Of a stretch of 64,000 bases of DNA, positions 12,481 through 24,965 are shown piece by piece; the first letter of the stretch is position 1; the number at the start of each line of letters is the position of its first letter. Origin of the DNA: Mustelus asterias (Eukaryota). The notes beneath the pieces were generated by a model. The model did no database searches. It worked only from the letters and a program-made list of their open reading frames with translations, and was not told the origin of the DNA. The stretch is from contig NW_027591667.1 in NCBI RefSeq assembly GCF_964213995.1, forward strand, positions 1 through 64,000, given 5' to 3'. A program made the position numbers and the translations under genes.

Positions 12481-13605
12481 TTTTAATACTTTTTGAAGTC
12501 GAGCCATCTTATTTTGTCGGCAAAGGTAACAGCTTTGAACTTGTCATGGGAATTGCTGGCGTATGGGCTGAAGGTGGTGAAGAACCATCCCTGGCCACAC
12601 AAAGCCCAGGAGATTTTAACAGTCGAGCTTCGTTTTCTATCCTTTTGCGGGCGGGTGGAATTTGTGACTGCCAGAGTCTGACAGCCCACCATTGGAGGGG
12701 AATATGGTATTGGAAAATCCATGATTGGAGGGCGATGGGGTGAAGCGCAGGGCAGGGGAGGCCCAAGATTTAATTAAAAAAACATTAAACCATGGGCCTG
12801 CATCATCACTGATGGGTTTGAGACCATTCCAAATTAGTTGGGCCCACAGTTTAAATGGTATGCAGGTCCCACTGATGTAATTGAGCTATGGCTTTACCAC
12901 TGAAATTAAGCCTGCACTCTTCTCTGGAGAATGGTCTTCCTGTGTGTAAACATGTGCAAATTAGCATAATTTGACAGAGATATTCAAAACCATGAGGGTC
13001 TGGATAGTGTACATCGGCAGACCTGTTCCAACTAACGAAAGTATTGAGAGCCATCATCCTTTTTCTTGCCTCTGTAATTGTTGGAAACCAGTTACAACGC
13101 TTACCTATTTTTAGTTTTGAATTAATGTCAGTGGCAGAATCCACAAACCTTCAGAGTTTTCCCCACATTTTCTGTTTATTTTTAGTTCTGATTCCAGTAG
13201 GTCTGTATCAGCAGTTCAGCAATTCTAAAGACTTTTGAAAAAAAAAAAAATGTTTTCATGCATTTTGCGCTAAGGAAATTGAGAGTGATACCGGGGAATT
13301 AAATACATTTCCAGTTTTACTATGCAGTGTCAGCATCAGTTCCTCTGAATTCAAATGCAGCATAAAGCATTCTTCAGACTGCTTCAAGGTCTTAGGAGTA
13401 CACACTGGTTACACTAGCTCCAGCACCAAAAACTCTTGTAATTGCTGAGTGAGACTGCCAATTTAATCTGTCAAATTGTGGGCAGTTTTGTGCTTTAAAA
13501 CATCCCAAGCAGCTTGAGACATTTAACGGCATTAACATAGCTAAATAAATGCAAAGTTGTTGTTGTCGAGCTACATTTTGGGACTATCCAATCTCTGATG
13601 ACTGG

Positions 13606-13894
13606 AAAGTTTTATTTATCAGTGTCACATGTAGGCTTACATTAACACTGCAATGAAGTTACTGTGAAAATCCCCTAGTTGCCACACTCCAGAATCTGTT
13701 CAGGTACACTGAGGGAGAATTTAACGTGGCCAATGAACTTAACCAGCACACCTTTTGAACTGTGCGAGGAAACCGGAGCAAACCTACGCAGACGCAAGGA
13801 GAACTCTGCACAGGCAGTGACCATAGCCGGGAATTGAACCTTGGTCCCTGGTGCCATGAGGCAGTAGTGCTAACCACTGTGATACTGTGTCACC
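13606..13894 (-). mobile_element. V-SINE with non-HE1 tail
   Basis: Same family as 1644, with a small internal deletion. Confidence 0.85.
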
Positions 13895-14034
13895 CTACAA
13901 AGTAAACACAGAGCAGCTCTACCCCAATAATATTGTTAACATCGAACAGAACCATGGATTTCAATAGAAGTGAAAATCAAGAGATGTTTAATGGCTAGCT
14001 TTAATGTTGCCTGTTTTCAGAGGATCTACATTGC

Positions 14035-15545
14035 TTTGATTTGATTTATTATTGTCACATGTATTGGGATACAGTGAAAAGTGTTGTTTCCTGCGTACTA
14101 TACAGACAAAGCATACCATTCATAGAGTACATAGGGGAGTAGGAAAGGAGAGGGTGCAGAATGTAATGTTACAGCCTTAGGTAGAGTGTAGAGAAAGATC
14201 AACTTAATATAAGGTATGTCCATTCAAAAGTCTGATGGCAGTAGGAAAGAAGCTGTTCTCGAGTCAGTTGGTACGTGATCTCAGACTTTTGTATCTCTTT
14301 CCCAACAGAAGAATGTGGAAGAGAGAATGCCTGGGGTGTGTGGGGTCCTTCATTATGCTAGCTGCTTTTCCGAGGCAGTGGGAAGTATGGACAGCGTCAA
14401 TGGATGGGAGGCTGGTTTGCGTGATGGACTGGGCTATGTTCACAACCCTTTATAGCTCCTTGCAGTCTTGGAAAGAGCAGGAGCCATATCAAGCTGTGAT
14501 ACAACCAGAGAGGATGCTTTCTATGGTGCATCTGTAAAGGTTGGTGAGAGTCAAGAACAAAGAACAAAGAACAATACAGCACAGGAACAGGCCCTTCGGC
14601 CCTCCAAGCCCGCGCCGCTCCCCGGTCCAGGATTGAATCCTGAATCCAGGATCCCCGCCCAATTTTCCAGCCTATCTACATACTAATATCCTATCCCCGA
14701 GCTGTCCCTCAGAGCTATGATGCTTTGTTCATCACAACCTATTAACTCACCCCTACCCCCCCATTCCAGACCATGTGATCTCCAGGGAGAGGCGAAAACC
14801 CAGAGTGAAAACCCCAGGGCCAATATGGGGAAAAGAAAATCTGGGAAATTCCTCTCCGACCCCCTGAGGCGATCGAAACGAGTCCAGGAGATCACACTGG
14901 CCCTGATCGGAAAATGCTTCCCAACCCTATTCATTTCCACTTCCACGAACACCATATGAATTCCCTGCCCCCGAGACAGGTTCCCAACTATCCGCAGTCT
15001 CGCTCTGTACTGGCACCAGCAAGATGATCATAGAATGAAGCCTTGAAACGAGAAACAAAGAACAATTCTTTGTTCGTAGTGGACATGCTAAATTTCCTTA
15101 GCCTCCTGAGAAAGTAAAGGAGTTGGTGGGCTTTCTTAACCATAGTGTCGGCATGGGGGTCCAGGACAGTTTGCTGATGATCTGGACACCTAGAAACTTG
15201 AAGCTTTTGACCCTTTCTACTTTGTCCCTGTTGATGTAGACAAAGGCATGTCCTCCACTACACGCCCTGAAGTCGATGACTATCTCCTTCATTTTACTGA
15301 CATTGATGGAGAGATTATTGTCATCACACCAGTTCACCAGATTCTCTATCTCTTCCCTGTACTCCGTCTCATCATTGTTTGAGATCTGACCCATTATGAT
15401 GGTTTCACCAGCAAACTTGAAAATTGAGTTGGAGGGGAACTTGGCCACACAATCATAGATGTATATGGAGAATAGGAAGGGGCCGAGGACACAGCCTTGC
15501 GGGGCATCGGTGTTGAGGATAATGGTGGAGGAGGTATGAGGGATC
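14035..15545 (-). mobile_element. Rex1/Babar LINE RT and 3' end, interrupted at 14553-15073
   Basis: APQGCVLGPFLFS...KFAGET...IVIDFR...FKFLGV in ORF 15098-15616; (gattt)n tail at 14035. Confidence 0.9.
14553..15073 (-). mobile_element. Non-coding CR1-tailed mosaic retroelement
   Basis: 3' ~75 nt match the CR1 tail at 42675; non-coding structured body; splits the Rex1 sequence gagagtc|gtag. Confidence 0.8.
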
Positions 15546-15637
15546 CTGTGTATACGTGGTCCTGTTTGCTTCAGTCTATGCAAAGACTTCATTTTAAGAT
15601 ATTTCTGCCTATGCACAATTACATTTAAATTCTAGAC

Positions 15638-16050
15638 TGTAGGGGTTAACTAACTCCACTGAGCTGAACAATTGTAGATAACTTGACTACATGTAGAATC
15701 AGAAGACATGATGGGTTAACTAAACATTGACTGCATTTTGAAGGGTAAACAATGCAGGCAAACAACAATTTCCCATAACAGCTGTGAGGATTGTTTTTCT
15801 AGATGGAGGCGGCATGTGAAGGGGGCTTCCAATAACGAGATAAGGGTTGAAATATATTTTTGATTTTAGAGTGTGTGTGTTCCAGTTCAGCTCAGTTCAG
15901 GTCTTAGATCGGGCCTGGCTGAGAAGCCAGTCTCCAAGTTCGTTTTTTTACTTCTGTCACATTAATTCTTGAAAAGAACAAAAGTTCTTTTCAATAAAAG
16001 AAAACCATTTTAAAACTCATACCTCTTCAAACGAATGAATGGACCCAACA
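15638..16050 (+). mobile_element. Probable solo LTR
   Basis: TGTAGGG...CCCAACA ends, AATAAA near 15993, flanks agac/agat (imperfect 4-bp TSD). Confidence 0.55.
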
Positions 16051-16784
16051 AGATGTCATTGCCTTGCCTCACTGATTGTGGTCTGCCGATCCAGTCGCAG
16101 AGGGAGGGGCCCTGGGCCGTGTTATTGGGGCTCCGTGCTCATCTTCAGTTCTGGAATCCCCCCACCTCCAACCTCACACCCCTTCCCAAACCGCCTCATC
16201 TTTTACAAAATAGTAAAACCTCAGCAGCCTCTGTCGCTCCCTCCTCGACTAGTTGCCTGTCTTATTCCTTGTGCATGCCTCAAGTTAACCATTTGTACTG
16301 TTCGGCCAATATTTTCCTGCTCTTTCAGATTCACCAGAGTCTGATTTTGCTCTGCATTGCTTGATGAATCCCTACAAATGCAGAGTAATCAGGCTCTGAT
16401 TGGATGCCAACTGCACTGACTGCGCAGGGTACACCCATTAGTCGGGGACCTGTGCCTAGGCATGGTGTGCTTTATTATAAATCAGCCTCTGCCTGTTTTG
16501 CACAATCTTTAAAGTCCATATTACAAGCTCAATGAGTATAGTGCTTCATATCCTCAGTCTTTATCAGGAATGAATGTAACATGGTTGTATCCAGCCAGTA
16601 CCTCATTATAGAGTTCACCTGACTATGGCAAGCCATGTGAGACCTTTAGTAAGTACATGATTGCATTTCAATCCAAACAGTCAAAATGATCTCCTCACCT
16701 CCTCAATCTATGTGTGTAGAAATACTTTCTAGCCCAGCATCTCAGTATTTACAAGTATTGGAACATGTTATAAACTTATCAAGG

Positions 16785-16990
16785 ATGACATGGTGTTGCA
16801 ATGGTTCACGCTACTGCCTCACAACTGCATGGACCCGGGGTCGATTCTGACCTTGGGTATCTGTCTCCGTGGAGTCTGCACCTTGTCCCTGTGTCTGCGT
16901 GGGTTTCCTCCGGTTGCTCTGGTTTCCTCCCACAGTCCAAGGCCATGCAGGTTAGGTGGATTGACCATGCTAAATTTTCCCTCTGTTTGT
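16785..16990 (+). mobile_element. HE1-like V-SINE, 3'-truncated
   Basis: tRNA head plus V domain. Confidence 0.85.
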
Positions 16991-17029
16991 CAGTCCTCTG
17001 ATGGACTGGCATCCCATTCTGGGTGTATC

Positions 17030-17396
17030 CTTTTTTTTATTCATTCATGAGAGAGGGGCGTCGCTGGCTGGCCAGCATTTATTGCCTATGCCTAGTTGCC
17101 CTTGTTTAGAAGGCAGTTGAGAATCAACCACATTGCTGTGGCTCTGGAGTCCCATGTAGGCCAGACCCAGGGAAGGATGGCAGATTTCCTTCCTTAAAAG
17201 ACATGAGGGAACCAAATGAGTTTTTCTGACAAATCGACAATAGTTTCATGGTCATCAGCAGATCCTTAATTCCAGATATTTTTTATTGAATTCAAATTCC
17301 ACCATCTACCGTGGAGGGATTCAAACCCGGGTCCCCAGAACATTAGCTGAGCATCTGGATTAATCGTCCATAATACCACTTGGCCATTGCCTCCCC
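17030..17396 (-). mobile_element. tRNA-SINE family B, full length
   Basis: Tail gctggccagcatttattgcc, core, and head with B-box (ggattcaaaccc on +). Confidence 0.85.
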
Positions 17397-17424
17397 AGTG
17401 TCTGTCGGGATAGGCTCCTACTGG

Positions 17425-18301
17425 AATTGCGGATAGCGAAGAGCATTGTCGGGCAATACTGCAGGATATAGATAGGCTGGAAAATTGGGCGGAGAGGTGG
17501 CAGATGGAGTTTAATCCGGATAAATGCGAAGTGATGCATTTTGGAAGAAATAATGTAGGGAGGAGTTATACAATAAATGGCAGAGTCATCAGGAGTATAG
17601 AAACACAGAGGGACCTAGGTGTGCAAGTCCACAAATCCTTGAAGGTGGCAACACAGGTGGAGAAGGTGGTGAAGAAGGCATATGGTATGCTTGCCTTTAT
17701 AGGACGGGGTATAGAGTATAAAAGCTGGAGTCTGATGATGCAGCTGTATAGAACGCTGGTTAGGCCACATTTGGAGTACTGCGTCCAGTTCTGGTCGCCG
17801 CACTACCAGAAGGACGTGGAGGCATTGGAGAGAGTGCAGAGAAGGTTTACCAGGATGTTGCCTGGTATGGAGGGTCTTAGCTATGAGGAGAGATTGGGTA
17901 GACTGGGGTTGTTCTCCTTGGAAAGACGGAGAATGAGGGGAGATCTAATAGAGGTATACAAGATTATGAAGGGTATAGATAGGGTGAACAGTGGGAAGCT
18001 TTTTCCCAGGTCGGAGGTGACGATCACGAGGGGTCACGGGCTCAAGCTGAGAGGGGCGAAGTATAACTCAGACATCAGAGGGACGTTTTTTACACAGAGG
18101 GTGGTGGGGGCCTGGAATGCGCTGCCAAGTAGGGTGGTGGAGGCAGGCACGCTGACATCATTTAAGACTTACCTGGATAGTCACATGAGCAGCCTGGGAA
18201 TGGAGGGATACAAACGATTGGTCTAGTTGGACCAAGGAGCGGCACTGGCTTGGAGGGCCGAAGGGCCTGTTTCCTGTGCTGTACTGTTCTTTGTTCTTTG
18301 T
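17425..18301 (+). mobile_element. CR1/HER1 LINE 3' part, young
   Basis: Uninterrupted ORF 17504-18226 (WQMEFNPDKC...[13 protein letters not shown]) plus CR1 tail. Confidence 0.95.
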
Positions 18302-18669
18302 ACTCTCTGTGACCTTGAATAGGAGTAAGCGGTTAAGTGAAGTGAAAACCTTATCTACTCAGCTCAATTTCACAAAATAACTGACCATTTTATTCAAGAA
18401 AACCTCTTCAGAAACATGGTCCTCCATTAATCAACCAGCTTACCTCTGTTAAAGCAACAGAAAGGAGGATGTAGACTAATGGCTAAAAATCGTGAACCCA
18501 AGTTCATACCAAAAGCTATTTACATATAAATGACAACAATCAAATAGATCATTTGACCCAGCCAGTCACTATAGGTGTTTGATCTCTACATCATCAGTAG
18601 TTCTCATTGCAAATAGCCACTCTGTCCTTATCTCCTTTTATCCTCTTTTCCTTTAATCGCCTACCTAAT

Positions 18670-20226
18670 AGGAAGGCAGATTATTACCTGAATGGGTGTA
18701 AATTGAGAGAGGTGGATACTCAGTGAGACCTTGGTATCAGTCACTGAAAGTAAGTGCACAGGTACAGCAGGCAGTAAAGAAGGCAAATGGAATGTTGACC
18801 TTCATAGTGAGAGGATTTGAGTATAGGAATAGGGATGTTTTGCTACAATTGTATAGGGCGTTGATGAGACCACACCTGGAGTATTGTGTGCAGTTTTGGT
18901 ACCCTTATCTGAGGAAGAATGTCCTTGCTATAGACAGAGTGTAGCAAAGGTTTACCAGGCTGATTCCTGGGGTGGCAGATCTGTCATATGAGGAGAAACT
19001 AAGTCAGTTAGGATTATGTTCACTGGAGTTGAGAAGAGTGAGAGGGGATCTCATGGAAACTCATAAAACTCAAACAGAGTTAGACAAGATAGATTCAGAA
19101 AGAATGTTCCCAATGGTGGGGGAGTCCAGAACTAGGGGTCATATTTTGAGGACAACGGGTGAACATCTTAGAACTGAGGCGAGGAGAAATTTCTTCACCT
19201 AGAGCGTGCAAATGTGTGAAATTCACTATCACAGAATTTAGTTGATGCCAAAACGTTGTCTGATTTCAAGAGGAAATTAGATGTAGCTCTATAAATGCAA
19301 CGTGATGCATTTTGGTAGATTGAACCAGGGCAGGACTTACTCAGTTAGGGAGAGTTACAGAGCAAAGAGATCTAGGGGTACAGGTTCATAGCTCCTTGAA
19401 AGTGGAGTCACAGGTGGACAAAGTGGTGAAGAAGGCATTTGGCATACTTGGTTTCAGTGGTCAGAACATTGAATACAGGAGTTGGGACATCTTGTTGAAG
19501 TTGTACAAGACATTGTTAAGGCCACATTTGGAATACTGTGTACAGTTCTGGTCATCCTATTATAGAAAGGATATTATTAAACTAGAAAGAGTGCAGAAGA
19601 GTTGTACTAGGATGCTACCGGGACTTGATGGTTTGAGTTATAAGGAGAGGCTAGATAGACTGGGACTTTTGTTTCTGGAGCGTAGGAGGCTGAGGGGTGA
19701 TCTTATGGAGGTCTATAAAATAATGAGGGGCATAGATCAGCTAGTCAATATCTTTTCCCAAAGGAAGGGGAGTCTAAAACTAGAGGGCATAGGTTTAAGG
19801 TGAGAGGGGAGAGATACAAAAGAGTCCAGAGGGGCAACTTTTCACAGAGGGTGGTGAGTGTCTGGAACAAGCTGCCAGAGGTAATAGGAGAAGCGAGTAC
19901 AATTTTGTCTTTTAAAAAGCGTTTAGACAGTTACATGGGTAAGAAGGGTATAGAGGAATATGGGCCAAATGCGTGCAATTGGGACTAGCTTAGAGATTTA
20001 AAAAAAAAGGCAGCATGGACAAGTTGGGCTGAAGGGCCTGTTTCCATGCTGTAAACCTCTATGACTCTATGACCTCTGACTCTTAGGGCTAAAGGGATCA
20101 AGGATATGGGGGGGACGGGGGATCAGGATATTGAATTCGATGATCAGCTATGATCAAAATGAATGGCAGAGCAGTCTCGAAGGGCCGAATGGCCGGCTCC
20201 TGCTTCTCGCCTCTATGTTTCTATGT
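18670..20226 (+). mobile_element. Older CR1 with a nested younger CR1 (about 19291-20072)
   Basis: Two ORF2 C-termini; the host breaks at gatgtagctct and resumes at ctcttagggctaaaggg. Confidence 0.9.
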
Positions 20227-20489
20227 AATCTATTCTTAAATTTTCACAGAGTGTCTGCTGCAATCATGAACTCCAGTTGTGCATTACAGACCTCTGTATA
20301 AACATGTTTCTCCTGTTTGCTGCTTGAAATAGCTTATGTTTAAACGTATGATTATATTGCCTTGTCCTAGACCCATCAATCACGAGTTTATTTCTATCTA
20401 CTCTATCGTATAAAGGTTCAGGCAGCCAAGGGTTAATGTGGAACTGGAGAACAGTACCAACCAGGTACTGATTTTTTGTAAATTCATCA

Positions 20490-20783
20490 AGCCAGCATTT
20501 GCTGCTATCTCTAATTGCCCTTCAATTGAGTGGCTTGCTAAATAAACCATTTCAGAGGACAATTAAGAGACAACCACATTGTGATGGGCCAGAGCATGTA
20601 AGGACAGCAGATTCCTTTCCCTAAAAGACATTAATGAATCAGATGGGTTTTTACGGCAATGGTTTCATGGTCGTCATTAGACTTTTAATTTCACCATCTC
20701 CCATTGTGGGATTCGAACCTTGGCCCCCAGAGCATTGCCCTGGATCTCTGGCATACTAGTCCAGGGATAATACCATCACGCCA
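20490..20783 (-). mobile_element. tRNA-SINE family B
   Basis: Core and B-box match the 17030 copy. Confidence 0.8.
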
Positions 20784-21201
20784 CTGATTTTCCTTTCATT
20801 ATTATCTGGAGAACTGCCTTTGTGCAACATGACCATAAAGCTTGCCGTGAGGTGCAGTGGGCGGCACGGTAGCACAGTGGTTAGCACTGCTGCTTCACAG
20901 CTCCAGGGTCCCGGGTTCGATTCCCAGCTCGGGTCACTGTCTGTGTGGAGTTTGCACATTCTCCTCGTGTCTGCGTGGGTTTCCTCCGGGTGCTCCGGTT
21001 TCCTCCCACAGTCCCACAGTCCAAAGATGTGCAGGTTAGGTTGATTGGCCATGCTAAAATTGCCCTTACTGTCCTGGGATGCGTAGGTTAGAGGGATTAG
21101 TGGGTAAATATGTAGGGATATGGGGGTAGGGCCTGGGTGGGTTTGTGGTCGGTGCAGACTCGATGGGCCGAATGGCCTCTTTCTGTACTGTAGGGTTTCT
21201 A
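20784..21201 (+). mobile_element. HE1 V-SINE with 75-nt 5' leader
   Basis: Head starts at 20859; tail gggccgaatggcctc...ctgtagggtttcta; leader identical to 53661-53735. Confidence 0.9.
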
Positions 21202-22415
21202 AGCTCAGGAATAGAAAGAATTTAATCACAATGTTGCGGGTTTATTATAGGCCTCCCAAGAGCCAGCTGGAGGGACAGATATGTAGACAGACTTTGGCAA
21301 GGTGTAAAAGTAGCAGGGTTGTTGTGGGAGATTTTAACTTCCCCTATATTGACTGGGACTCACTTAGTGCTAGGAGCATGAATGGGGCAGAGTTTGCAAG
21401 GAGCATCCAGGATGGCTTCTTGAAGCAGTATGCAAATAGTCCAACTGGGGAAGGGGCCATACTGGACCTGGTATTGGGGAATGAGCCCGGCCAGGTGGTC
21501 GACGTTTCAGTAGGGGAGCAGTTTGGGAACGGGGACCACAATTCAGTAAGCTTTAATGTACTGATGGATAAAGATAAATGTAGTCCTCAAGTTAAGGTGC
21601 TAAATTGGGGGAAGGCTAATTACCACAATATTAGGCAGGAACTGAAGAATGTAGATTGGGGGCAGATGTTTGAGGGCAAGTCAACATCTGGCATGTGGGA
21701 GGTTTTCAAGTGTAAGTTGATAGGGATTCAGGACCAACACATTCCTGTAAGGATGAAGGATAAATATGGCATGTATCAGGAACCTTGGATAACGAAAGAT
21801 ATTGTGAGCCTAGTCAAAGAGAAAAAGGAAACATTTGTCAAGGTTAGGAGGCTTGGAACACACAAAGCCAGTGTGGAATACAAGGAAAGTAGAAAGAAAC
21901 TTAAGCAAGGAGCAAGGAGGGCTAAAAGAGACCACGAAAAGTCATTGGGCAGCAGGATTAAGGAAATTCCCAAGGCTTTTTATACATGTATAAAGAGCAA
22001 GAGGGTAGCCAGGGAGAGGGTTGGCCCACTCAAGGACAGGGGAGAGAACCAATGCGTGGAGCCAGAGGAAATGGGTGAGGTATTAAATGAATACTTTGTG
22101 TCAGCATTCAACAAAGAGAAGGACTTGGTGGATGATGAGTCTGGGGAAGGGTGTGTAGATAGTTTGGGTCATGTTGAGATCAAAAAGGCAGTGGTATTGG
22201 GGGTCTTGAGAAACATTAAGGTAGCCAAGTCCCCAGGGTCTGATGGGATATACCCCAGAATACTGAGAGAGGCAATGGAGGAAATTTCTTGCGTCTTGAG
22301 ATAAATCTTTGTATCCTCACTGGCTACAGGGGAGGTCCCAGAGGATTGGAGAATAGCCAGTGTTGTTCCTTTGTTTAAGAAGGATAGCAAGGATAATCCA
22401 GGTAATTACAGGCCA
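21202..22415 (+). mobile_element. CR1 ORF2 internal fragment (APE endonuclease and linker)
   Basis: VYYRPP, VVGDFNFP, ILDLVL, GDHN, KSPGSDGIYPRIL, NPGNYRP. Confidence 0.92.
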
Positions 22416-22464
22416 TTGCAAACAAATGATAATTTCCTTTGGATAGAGAATTGTTACAAATGAA

Positions 22465-23010
22465 TGAAAATCTCTTGGAAAAAGTCAACCACAGGTACAG
22501 CTGGTCATGACAGCAGGCAGAAAAGGTACTTACTGCATTAAAAGACTCTTTGAAGATCCAATTTGTAGCCCTGAAAAACCAAGAGCACACAGGAATAAGG
22601 CTCTGCTAAGGAGAAACTGTTCAGTGTGAAGAACCAACCTTCACATACGAAAGATGAGCTTGCTAATGAAAAATTCGAACTTGCTGAACTTGAAGCGTCA
22701 GAAGTATCTATTAAGTATCATGAGAAATGACTGGAACAAGAAAAGGGATTACCGATGAATCAGAACAGCTGATTGACTGCAGAATTAACAACCAAGCCTA
22801 ATGAACTTCTGGAATTCCATCATGAAAAGAACAATTAAATTCTTGAACTTTGATCCCATATGAATAACATGAAAGATGAGGTGCACAGTGTAGAAGAGGA
22901 ACTCAAGGCTGTCAGGCAGCTAACTCAGAAACAAAGACAACTGAGCTCACCAGAGTAGCTGCTGAACTGAATGAAAATATCCAGAAACTGGAAAAAAGGA
23001 TTGGAAAATA
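22465..23010 (+). pseudogene. TPR: Processed pseudogene fragment of nucleoprotein TPR (N-terminal coiled coil)
   Basis: Translation [54 protein letters not shown] aligns to TPR as I recall it ([57 protein letters not shown]); later ETKTTELTR and ENIQKLEK also fit; contains stops and deletions. Confidence 0.85.
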
Positions 23011-23324
23011 AGAGTGTAAGCAAATATTTGGCTGTCATTATGTAAAACAAGTGAAAGTGAAGGTGTGAGGTTTAGAATAAAACCTTTCTAATTAAACACT
23101 CAAAGGTCAGAATTCTTAATTTCTAACGCTAAGGTCCCCAGCTGTGCTTGACCTACAGGATACAGATAACTAGTATTGATGGATCATGTAGAATTTATTA
23201 AGCAGGATTTTATATATACTTGACGAGAAGCAGTGAAGACAACATAGACGTTTCACATCTCTCAAGATCCCAGGAACTCTTGGTGTTGTCAGCAAGGCGA
23301 TGTCCCTTTCCTTTGTCTTTGAAA

Positions 23325-23460
23325 TATAGAAGCATAAAAGATAGGAGCAGGAGGAGGCCATTTCGCCCTTTGAGCCTGCTCTGCCATTTATCACGATCAT
23401 CATAGAAACCCTACATGGCTGGTCGCCCAACTCAATAGCCTAATCCTGCTTTGTCCCTAT
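23325..23460 (-). mobile_element. CR1 3' tail fragment
   Basis: ataggagcaggaggaggccatttcgccctttgagcctgctctgccatt. Confidence 0.75.
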
Positions 23461-23627
23461 AATAATCTTGAACTGTGTCCAAAATAGTCATATTCCAGAA
23501 GCCACAGTATCACTTCCAACAAAGACCGCGATGTTCCAACTTATATTCCTCAGTCTCTCATCATTTCAGGATCTCTTATTTGGAAACAGTCCAAATTTCC
23601 CTCTTCCATTGGCTAAGGAAGCACCTA

Positions 23628-24770
23628 TAAGACATAGGAGCAGAATTAGGCCACTTGGCCCATCGTGTCTGCTCCGCCATTCAATCATGGCTGATAATTT
23701 TCTCATCCCCATTCTCCTGCCTTTTCCCCATAACCCCTGATCCCATAGAACCATAGAAAATTACAGCTCAGAAACAGGCCTTTTGGCCCTTCTTGTCTGT
23801 GCCGAACCATTTTTTGCCTAGTCCCACTGACCTGCACTTGGACCATATCCCTCCACATCCCTCTCATCCATGAACCCGTCCAAGTTTTTCTTAAATGTTA
23901 AAAGTGACCCCGCATTTACCACTTTATCCGGCAGCTCATTCCACACTCCCACCACTCTCTGCGTGAAGAAGCCCCCCCTAATATTCCCTTTAAACTTTTC
24001 TCCTTTCACCCTTAACCCATGCCCTCTGGTTTTTTTCTCCCCTAGCCTCAGCGGAAAAAGCCTGCTTGCATTCACTCTATCTATACCCATCAAAATCTTA
24101 TACACCTCTATCAAATCTCCCCTCAATCTTCTACGCTCCAGGGAATAAAGTCCCAACCTATTCAATCTCTCTCTATAACTCAGCTTCTCAAGTCCCGGCA
24201 ACATCCCCTTATCAATCAAGAACCTATCTATCTCTGTCTCAAAGACATTCAATGACCTGGCCTCCACAGCCTTATGCGGCAAAGAGTTCCACAGATTCAC
24301 CACTCTCTGGCTGAAGAAATTCCTCCTCATCTCTGTTTTAAAGGGCCGCCCCTTTAGCCTGAGGTTGTTCCCTCTGGTTCTAGCTTATCCTACTCGTGGA
24401 AACATCTTCTCCACGTCCACTCTATCCAGGCCTCGCAGTATCCTATAAATTTCAATAAGATCCCCCCTCATCCTTCTAAACTCCAATGAGTACAGACTCA
24501 GAGTCCTCAACCATTCTTCATATGACAAGCTCATCATTCTAGGGATCATTCTTGTGAATCTCCTCTGGACCCTTTCCAAGGCCAGCACATCCCTCCTTAT
24601 ATACGGGGCTCAAAACTGCTCACAACACTCCAAATGGGGTCTATCCAGAGCCTTATACAGCCTCAGAAGTACATCCCTGCTCTTGTATTCTATCTCTCTC
24701 GACATGAATGCTAATATTGCATTTGCCTTCCTAACTGCCGACTGAACCTGCACGTTAACCTTAAGAGAAT
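23628..24770 (-). mobile_element. CR1 with nested younger CR1 (23745-24202)
   Basis: ORFs 23818-24330 and 24385-24588 are CR1 C-termini; two tails; atccc at both junctions. Confidence 0.92.
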
Positions 24771-24811
24771 TTTATGTCACTTTATGTCATCTCACCTTAT
24801 GTCACCCCACA

Positions 24812-24965
24812 TTGTGTGGAGTTGTCGTCGTTGGACAGTAGGCACAGTAAGTAGTCTCACAACACCAGGTTAAAGTCCAACAGGTTTATTTGGTAGCACA
24901 AGCTTTCGGAGCGCTGCTCCTTCATCAGGTGAGTGCAGGATTTGTTTCACGAATCAGACACAGAT
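24812..24965 (-). mobile_element. PLE terminal fragment with hammerhead motif (24897-24931)
   Basis: Minus strand reads cacCTGATGAaggagcagcgctccGAAAgcttgtg followed by the PLE end sequence. Confidence 0.85.

Noticed and set aside
14860-14890. Hammerhead-like ctgaggcgatcgaaac
   Set aside because: The core is CTGAGGC rather than CTGAnGA, and I see no convincing stems I and III
21120-22304. 394-aa ORF as a host gene
   Set aside because: Chance fusion of an HE1 SINE tail to a CR1 endonuclease fragment
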